A stretch of 42,508 nt of DNA. Source: Deltaproteobacteria bacterium. GTDB taxonomy: Bacteria > Desulfobacterota > Desulfomonilia > UBA1062. Where the stretch lies: the NCBI GenBank assembly GCA_021372395.1, contig JAJFUP010000085.1, positions 1 to 42,508 of the forward strand, read 5' to 3'. The position numbers and the translations under genes are program-made. Below the pieces are notes generated by a model, which made no database searches, was not told where the DNA came from, and saw nothing but the letters and a program-made list of their open reading frames with translations. Below, piece by piece: positions 36,504 through 42,508 of the stretch (positions are counted from its first letter, which is position 1; each line of letters starts with the position of its first letter).

Positions 36504-37970
36504 GTGAAGAGAACATTTCTCCATTCAGATATAATCTGGCGGGCTGCCGCGTTGATGTCCCTTGTGAAAGGGAGCCCGCTCAAAAGCGTGGCGGTCTTGT
36601 TGGGGGAAGAAAAGCATGTTCTTGCGCCGTATTCAGTGTCAGGGGAAAGACCTGTTCTCGGAGAGATTTCTTCTGAGGATTCATCCGCGCTGAGAGACTT
36701 CTCGCGCCAGGCAAAAGCTCTCTCGGTCGCCTTCTCCCCCAGGGCACTGTACGCTGATGTAGGCGACTTCTCACGTGTTACCCCTGAAGCTACCCTTGCG
36801 CATATCCGTTCCGCCGTGGATAAGATAGGGCTCTTTAAGGAGGATTACTGCATCTCTTTCTGTAAATTGAGAGATGTCGACGCCCAGACGGGAAAATTTT
36901 CCTATCTTGCCATTCCTGCCAGCGAGGTCGACAAGATCGATCTCCTCGATGAGGCAGAGGCCCTTGTTGACAGGTTCTGTCCCATCGAGGCGGCTCTTGC
37001 AGCGGCGGTCGGTTCACTCGTAAAGGACATGGCTATTGTCCTTTATGAAGACAGCCGCTTTGTCCGCATTATCGCGACCAAGGGAGGAACGATCTATTAC
37101 ATTACCACCATCAACGCATCCGAGTCCTTTGACGTTGTCTCGGACACCGTGTCGGGGATTCAGGAAATGTCGTCGCTGCTGGCGAATTCTTACCGCGATC
37201 GGGTGCAGACAATCTATAAAATCGGTGATGGCGAGGTCAGCACGGATGACCTTCAGGAACAGAACATCTCCGTAGCTCGTTTCAGCCTGAGTCAGGGGGG
37301 GGATGACAGCCCCGACTCCCTGGTGCTCCTCGGCAGTGCCATGAACACCCTGTACGATTTCACTCCGGAGAAGTTTCTCCGCACGAAACGGATCGCACAG
37401 CACGCAAAGTTCTCCCTGGCCATATCGATCATCCTCCTGCTGATAACAGGGGTGCTGTTCGTCTTGGGATTGAACAATACCCGTGAGGCTCAAGGCTTTC
37501 AGGACAAGACCCATGCCGCCGTCCTGAAGAGCTCCCGGGAACTCAGGATGTTGGAAGATGATTATGCATCGCTCAGCAGGGGGCTTGACCTGTCGAAGAT
37601 AAACAACATCATCAAGACCTACCAGGATTTCGAGGCAGAACCGAAGCTGTACGCCCTTGTCGATTCCATCTCCCGGCGTGTGCCCAGCAAAGTTTTTCTC
37701 ACCCGGATCGATGTCATCAGGCCGACGTCGCAGACCGGTTCACCCCCGGCACGGGTCATCCCGAACGAAACGACGGTGTCTCGCTCATCTCATGTGGATT
37801 CCTTCGAGATCGTGATAGAGGGCATCATAAACTCGTCCTATCCCGATTCCAAGGGGGTCTTCTCGTCGCTGACCGGCGCCATGCAGGAGGTTTTTACGCT
37901 CAACAAGGCCACGTTCAGCCAGAAAGAGCAGTATGCAGGGTTCTCCCTGAAGTGCGGGACAAAACCATGA
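36504..37970 (+). CDS. MshI-like PilM-PilN fusion-type assembly protein
   Basis: A cytoplasmic region of about 300 aa is followed by a single TM (FSLAISIILLLITGVLFVLGL) and a coiled-coil/periplasmic region. Position and size match MshI of MSHA clusters. The start is ambiguous (GTG at 36504 or ATG at 36555). Confidence 0.5.
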   Translation: MKRTFLHSDIIWRAAALMSLVKGSPLKSVAVLLGEEKHVLAPYSVSGERPVLGEISSEDSSALRDFSRQAKALSVAFSPRALYADVGDFSRVTPEATLAHIRSAVDKIGLFKEDYCISFCKLRDVDAQTGKFSYLAIPASEVDKIDLLDEAEALVDRFCPIEAALAAAVGSLVKDMAIVLYEDSRFVRIIATKGGTIYYITTINASESFDVVSDTVSGIQEMSSLLANSYRDRVQTIYKIGDGEVSTDDLQEQNISVARFSLSQGGDDSPDSLVLLGSAMNTLYDFTPEKFLRTKRIAQHAKFSLAISIILLLITGVLFVLGLNNTREAQGFQDKTHAAVLKSSRELRMLEDDYASLSRGLDLSKINNIIKTYQDFEAEPKLYALVDSISRRVPSKVFLTRIDVIRPTSQTGSPPARVIPNETTVSRSSHVDSFEIVIEGIINSSYPDSKGVFSSLTGAMQEVFTLNKATFSQKEQYAGFSLKCGTKP

Positions 37971-38365
37971 GGCGCTACAGGATTGCCCTTTTCATCGGAA
38001 TCATGAGCTCGGTGCTCGTCATATCAGCCTTCTCCTATTATCGCTTCACCGCCATGCAGGTGCAGTACAACCGGACAAAGCTTGAATCGATCCTGGCCGC
38101 GAACAGGCAGCGGGAAGACTACACCCGGAAGATGGAAGCCATCAAGGCATACAGCAGCAAGCTGATCGCCATTTCCCGGGAGCGGAACACGAATGTGGAC
38201 TATGAGATCATTCTGACCGATCATGATGTCAGGACGTTGCTCTCCAAGGCCAGGTCAACCTACTCCGACGGATTGTTCTTTCTCGAAAAGGGTTCCATCG
38301 AGAGTACCCCGTCAGGGATCACCCTGACCATGAAGGGGTTCAAACTGGGGGATGGTGCAGAGTGA
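37967..38365 (+). CDS. PilO/MshJ-like single-pass membrane assembly protein
   Basis: The protein has an N-terminal TM (IALFIGIMSSVLVISAF) followed by a coiled coil. The ATG overlaps the upstream stop (ATGA). The assignment rests mainly on position and topology. Confidence 0.45.
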   Translation: MRRYRIALFIGIMSSVLVISAFSYYRFTAMQVQYNRTKLESILAANRQREDYTRKMEAIKAYSSKLIAISRERNTNVDYEIILTDHDVRTLLSKARSTYSDGLFFLEKGSIESTPSGITLTMKGFKLGDGAE

Positions 38366-38826
38366 AGGTGGACAGGAAGGTCGTGGCACTCTTCGTCTCT
38401 CCCATAATCGCAGTGGCCGTCTGCACGATCTCCTCACTGGTCCTCCCCGGCACCCGGAACTTCCATTCCGAGCAGCCCGAATTTCTTGCATATGTCGATC
38501 AGTTGAGTCTGTTCACCATCAAAGATGAAAATGGCCCGGTAATGGATGAGGTCAGGGATGTTTTCCGCCACGAGTGGATCGAACCCGTCCTGCCGGCCCC
38601 CATGAATGAGACTGTTGTGCACAATACCGGAGGTGTTCTACCGGAGCCGGTAACGGTGAGCATGATCGTCGGCGCCGACAGGGATGCATACTGTGTCATC
38701 AATGGCAGGAAGATGAGACCCGGGGATAAGACGGAAAAGTTCAAGCTCTCTTCAATCGGATCAAATTCCGTGAGCATCACCCGCACAAATGGAACCAGGG
38801 AGACACTCAATGTTAAAGCATATTAA
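38362..38826 (+). CDS. PilP/MshK-like (or GspC-like) protein
   Basis: The protein has an N-terminal TM/signal. The C-terminal YCVINGRKMRPGDKTEKFKLSSIGSNSVSITRTNG resembles the PilP/GspC beta-domain. The GTG start overlaps the upstream stop. Confidence 0.45.
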   Translation: MKVDRKVVALFVSPIIAVAVCTISSLVLPGTRNFHSEQPEFLAYVDQLSLFTIKDENGPVMDEVRDVFRHEWIEPVLPAPMNETVVHNTGGVLPEPVTVSMIVGADRDAYCVINGRKMRPGDKTEKFKLSSIGSNSVSITRTNGTRETLNVKAY

Positions 38827-40393
38827 ATATGCAGTTTTCTTTTTTGTCTGCACCGCCATGTTCCTGGGTTGCGCCACCGAGAAGCTGATCGAGAAAGAAG
38901 AATCCATCATCGAAAAAGAAAAATCCGCGGTGACACAGGCGGAGCCGGCCCGGCAGACGATGCCGCAGCCCAAAGAAACAAAGGCACAACCCAGCCCTCT
39001 CGCGGGGAAAACCATCACGCTTACCGCAGACAAGGCCTTTTTCTCCGATGTCTTCTCCGCTCTTGCCGAGAAGGCCGATCTGGACCTGGTGATAGACTCC
39101 CGCCTTGCAAACCGTGACTATGGGGAAGTCCCCAAGGAACTCTCCGATGCGGGGAAGGGCAAACCCGTGTCCCACGGTCCCGTCGTCCTTCCCCCGGTGT
39201 CCATCGCATTCAAGAACACGCCCCTGAAAGATGCCCTGGAAAATCTCACGTCATCCCTGCACATCTTCTATGAAATAAAGGGACGCACGCTCTTCATACG
39301 GGGGACCGAGTCAAGAACCTACCACCTCAACTTCCTCTCTGCGCAGAAGGAAACAAAAGTATCCGTAGGAGGGGATGTCATCGGGTATGCCCAGGGTTCT
39401 TCGCCCTCCGGGGCCAATTCTTCGGGAAGCACCCCCCTGAGCGGCGAGTTTTCCATCAGGGATACGACCCCTGTGGCGAACAGCGACATTTATGCCCAGA
39501 TCGAAGAGGTCGTCAAGACATGCCTGACAACCAACGGTACCTACTCCATGAACCGTGCCCTCGGTTTCCTCGAGGTCAACGACATGGGAGATGCCCTTGA
39601 ACGGATCGATGCACACATCAACACCATCAAGAAGTACTACAATTCGCAGATTCTCATCACGGCAAAGATCATCGATGTCTCGTTGAACGACTCGAGCCAG
39701 TACGGCATCGACTGGACAAGCATCCATGGCAATATCAGTGACTATGTCTTCAACCCCATCCAGCAGAACCTTGCGCTCTCCACGAACGGCATCACCCCTG
39801 CACTGGAGATACAGGTGCATTCGGACAAGCATGGCTTCGATGCGGCTTTAAACGCCCTCAAGGAATACGGGGATATCAAGGTCCTCTCGAATCCCCAGGT
39901 GAGGGTCACCAATGGTCAGCCGGCGCTCATCAGCGTGGGCACGAACACGTCCTACATCCAGGAAATCAAGCTCACTACAACCACCACGCAGGGCGGTACC
40001 ACGATCACTTCACCGGATGTGACCGTCGGGTCCATCTTCGACGGCATCATGCTCGGGGTTCTTCCCAACATCGACTTGGAGACGAATTCGGTGAACCTGA
40101 GCATCACCCCCATCAAGAGCCGGGTGGTGAAGCTCGATGAGCGGACCATCAGCGGCAACGTCTACACGCTACCCACCCTGGACCTCGAGGAATCCACTAC
40201 CCAGGTCAGGGTAAAAGGCGGCAACATCATTGTCCTGGGAGGGCTCATCAGCAAGAATACCACCCGGAAGACCAAGAGCATACCGGTCCTTGGTGACATC
40301 CCCCTGCTGGGATATCTTTTCAGTCAGCAGATCAAGGGCGTGGAAACCAACGAGCTGGTCATCCTCCTGGAGCCGGTCATACTCACCCCGTGA
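38810..40393 (+). CDS. Secretin (MshL/PilQ/GspD family), predicted lipoprotein
   Basis: The lipobox is AMFLGC. The secretin core reads VLSNPQVRVTNGQPALISVG ... IPVLGDIPLLGYLFS ... ELVILLEPVIL. The start is set at the ATG at 38810. Confidence 0.88.
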   Translation: MLKHIKYAVFFFVCTAMFLGCATEKLIEKEESIIEKEKSAVTQAEPARQTMPQPKETKAQPSPLAGKTITLTADKAFFSDVFSALAEKADLDLVIDSRLANRDYGEVPKELSDAGKGKPVSHGPVVLPPVSIAFKNTPLKDALENLTSSLHIFYEIKGRTLFIRGTESRTYHLNFLSAQKETKVSVGGDVIGYAQGSSPSGANSSGSTPLSGEFSIRDTTPVANSDIYAQIEEVVKTCLTTNGTYSMNRALGFLEVNDMGDALERIDAHINTIKKYYNSQILITAKIIDVSLNDSSQYGIDWTSIHGNISDYVFNPIQQNLALSTNGITPALEIQVHSDKHGFDAALNALKEYGDIKVLSNPQVRVTNGQPALISVGTNTSYIQEIKLTTTTTQGGTTITSPDVTVGSIFDGIMLGVLPNIDLETNSVNLSITPIKSRVVKLDERTISGNVYTLPTLDLEESTTQVRVKGGNIIVLGGLISKNTTRKTKSIPVLGDIPLLGYLFSQQIKGVETNELVILLEPVILTP

Positions 40394-40499
40394 TCCTCAT
40401 GCTTTGCAACGGTATCACGGAAGATCGTCGGTTTTCCCCGTGCTCCGGCAGGTGAAGCTGTTCACAACGAATTGAGCAAGGGATTGAATCGATGAATGT

Positions 40500-41405
40500 T
40501 CAGTTCCCCTGCACGCCACCCCGGTGCTGCTCTATGAGATCGTCCTTTTTCTGCCAGAGGTCGCAGACCCATGTCTGGAAGCGGTCCCTGAACACCTCGT
40601 CGTTCTGGTAGTCGCCCTTGAGGAATTCTCCGGGCACTCCGAGTTTTTTCGCCCGTACCGTGATGTGGGGGATGCGGCCGCAGAGGTAGTCCCAGAAGCT
40701 GAACCTCATGGGGGGGTAGATGATGGTGACGTCCAGGATGTTCGAGATCTTCCCGTCCATGGCTGCAAGCGTGAAGGCGAAGCCGCCCGCCTTGGGGCGG
40801 AGCAGGTGCCGGTAGGGAGACTGCTGGCTTGCGTGCTTTTCCCGGGTGAACCGGGTTCCCTCGATGAAGTTCAGGATGGAGACCGGGGTATGTCGGTAGC
40901 GCTCGCACACCTTTTTGGTGGTTTCGAGGTCCTTGCCCTTCATGTGCGGGTTCTTTTCCAGAAAACTCTTGGAGAAGCGCTCCATGAACGGGTAATCCAG
41001 TGCCCACCACGCGGTGCCGAGGATGGGCACCTTGAAAAGCTCCTTTTTCAGGAAGAACTTGAAGAAAGGGATGTGCCCGTGAAATACCCTGAACAGCACC
41101 AGGATGTCGGCCCACGTCTGGTGGTTGCAGTTGATGAAATACCACTGTTTCCTGCTCAGCCCCTCGAGGCCTTCGATCTCGTACCGGGTGGCCTGGGTGA
41201 GCCTGAGCGAGGCCAGGATGCCCCGTACCCAGCCGTTGGCAAGCATCATGATAGTACGCGCGCAGATGCGCTGCCAGGCATCGTTGCGTATCAGAATCTT
41301 GGTGAGGGCCAGCAGGTGCACAGGGGAGGCCCAGAAGAGCGTGTTCATGAACATGAGCGACAGACAGATGATCCCTCGGAGGGTGGATCCAAGCCGTAAT
41401 ATCAT
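40500..41405 (-). CDS. Lysophospholipid/glycerolipid acyltransferase (PlsC/YihG-like)
   Basis: The HX4D motif is NHQTWADILVL, and FIEGTRFT is a second acyltransferase block. There is an N-terminal TM. Confidence 0.75.
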   Translation of the reverse strand: MILRLGSTLRGIICLSLMFMNTLFWASPVHLLALTKILIRNDAWQRICARTIMMLANGWVRGILASLRLTQATRYEIEGLEGLSRKQWYFINCNHQTWADILVLFRVFHGHIPFFKFFLKKELFKVPILGTAWWALDYPFMERFSKSFLEKNPHMKGKDLETTKKVCERYRHTPVSILNFIEGTRFTREKHASQQSPYRHLLRPKAGGFAFTLAAMDGKISNILDVTIIYPPMRFSFWDYLCGRIPHITVRAKKLGVPGEFLKGDYQNDEVFRDRFQTWVCDLWQKKDDLIEQHRGGVQGN

Positions 41406-41730
41406 AGGTCAGTACAATCCTTTCTCATGCTGGTGAAGAGAGGGTCAGGTCCGTGGTGTACGAGCGTACGCGTTGCCTGACAGTATGACAATCCCTTCAT
41501 TCAAGGTCCGATTCTATGACTCTTCGGGGATAAATGCAATCGACAGGTGCCTGCAGGGTTCGGTTTTTTGCAGTATTTTCACAATGAGCTCTGCATGGAA
41601 CCCGGATGGCGGAGATACGATCGTGCGTGCAGCACCATGCAGCCTGCCGCCCGGATGCGGGAAAGAGAATGCCGTTCCTCCTCTTGGGGGAGAGAGGGCA
41701 TGTTGACAGCGGTTTTTTTAGAAGGGAGGG

Positions 41731-42258
41731 CTATTTGATGTCGAGCACTTTCACGTCAAAGAAAAGGGTCTTCCCGGCCAGGGGGTGATTGAAATCGATG
41801 GTCGCCTTGTCGCCGCTGATCTTTGTCACCGTTCCCCGCAGTGTCTGGCCGGCAGGGGTCCTGGTCTGGACCTGCGAGCCGACTTTCCATGCGTCGGGCG
41901 GAAGCTGGCTTTTGCCGGCTTCGACCACGGCTTCTTTCCGGACGGGGCCATACCCCTCTTCCGGCTTGACCGTGACATGCTTGCTCTCGCCTGTCTTCAT
42001 GCCGATCAACGCCTTGTCCAGCCCCGGGATAATCTCCTTGGCTCCCTGGACAAAAGTGAGCGGCTGCTTGCCCACATTGGTGTCGACAACCTGTTTGTCT
42101 CCGAGGGTGAGGGTATACTCGATGGAAACCTTCTTCCCCGGCGCCACGATGATGCCTTCCTTGACCTTCGGAGTGCCTGCATACACGGCATTCGCCGATA
42201 CGGCAACCAGGAGAAGGCTCGACAAAAAAACGCCCAAGGCTGTTCTGACATCAGTCAT
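41731..42258 (-). CDS. FKBP-type peptidyl-prolyl cis-trans isomerase with signal peptide (SlyD-like core)
   Basis: VSIEYTLTL, FVQGAKEIIPGLDKALIGMKTGE and HPLAGKTLFFDVKVLDI are FKBP motifs. The leader is ALGVFLSSLLLVAVSANAVYA. The start is moved from the TTG at 42276 to the ATG at 42258, after GAAGGA. Confidence 0.85.
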   Translation of the reverse strand: MTDVRTALGVFLSSLLLVAVSANAVYAGTPKVKEGIIVAPGKKVSIEYTLTLGDKQVVDTNVGKQPLTFVQGAKEIIPGLDKALIGMKTGESKHVTVKPEEGYGPVRKEAVVEAGKSQLPPDAWKVGSQVQTRTPAGQTLRGTVTKISGDKATIDFNHPLAGKTLFFDVKVLDIK

Positions 42259-42339
42259 TCGTGTCCTGTCCTTCAAAGATGTATTTATTCCTGAAAAGGG
42301 ATAAATAGTAAGGAAGCCGGGAAGCGAAGACGCGGCATA

Positions 42340-42508
42340 TCAGCGGCGGAAGTTTCTTCCGCCACCGCCACCGCCGCCACCTGTTCTGGGTTTTGGAGGG
42401 CGGGCTTCATTGACAATGATCTTGCGGTCCTGAACGGTTTTCTCATTCAGCTCTTTGATGGCGTTCTGTCCATCGCTGTTGCTTGGCATCTCGACAAAAC
42501 CGAACCCT
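42340..42508 (-). CDS. 3' part of an RRM-type RNA-binding protein with Gly-rich tail (5' part lies outside the window)
   Basis: The minus strand reads GFGFVEMPSNSDGQNAIKELNEKTVQDRKIIVNEARPPKPRTGGGGGGGRNFRR, then a stop. GFGFVEM is the RNP-1 motif. Confidence 0.8.
   Translation of the reverse strand, partial: GFGFVEMPSNSDGQNAIKELNEKTVQDRKIIVNEARPPKPRTGGGGGGGGRNFRR

Noticed and set aside
42358-42385. A GC-rich triplet repeat (gccaccgccaccgccgccacc) is present.
   Set aside because: It is the coding sequence of the poly-Gly tail of the RRM protein on the minus strand. It is not a non-coding tandem repeat or CRISPR-like element.

Overview
The window is about 42.5 kb of moderately GC-rich bacterial chromosome. 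Gene content suggests an anaerobe, possibly deltaproteobacterial, but that is a guess. Coding density is high. I found no rRNA, tRNA, CRISPR array or intact mobile element. From left to right the window contains: a MoxR(CoxD)-type AAA+ ATPase with a CoxE-type VWA gene that is interrupted by one in-frame TGA; an orphan NarL-type response regulator; a MoaD/ThiS-like beta-grasp protein with a non-canonical Ala-Ala tail next to a compact E1-like adenylyltransferase; a 2-hydroxyacyl-CoA dehydratase / benzoyl-CoA reductase-like subunit pair with no activator ATPase; a tight nifS-nifU-cysK-cysE array followed by a TraB/GumN gene; a three-subunit molybdenum hydroxylase operon (FAD, 2Fe-2S and Mo subunits) behind a 540-bp AT-rich leader; a PadR regulator flanked by two perfect inverted repeats; and a long same-strand array that looks like a dedicated molybdenum-cofactor uptake, assembly and sulfuration line. 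That array comprises MocA, a DUF364-like protein, a MoeA-like protein with a Cys-rich tail, modB-modA-modC, XdhC, SufS-like, SufU-like and a second DUF364. It ends at a truncated MFS transporter remnant. Further right are two-subunit korAB, aqpZ, a long divergent NDK-like gene, and an eight-gene MSHA-like type IV filament cluster whose ATPase carries a textbook tandem MshEN c-di-GMP-binding motif. The window closes with an acyltransferase, a secreted FKBP and a partial RRM protein. My best candidate for undescribed biology is the Moco maturation array with two DUF364 paralogues. The Ala-Ala Ubl/E1 pair and the c-di-GMP-gated minimal pilus cluster come next. All family assignments are from reading motifs by eye. 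No database search was run.
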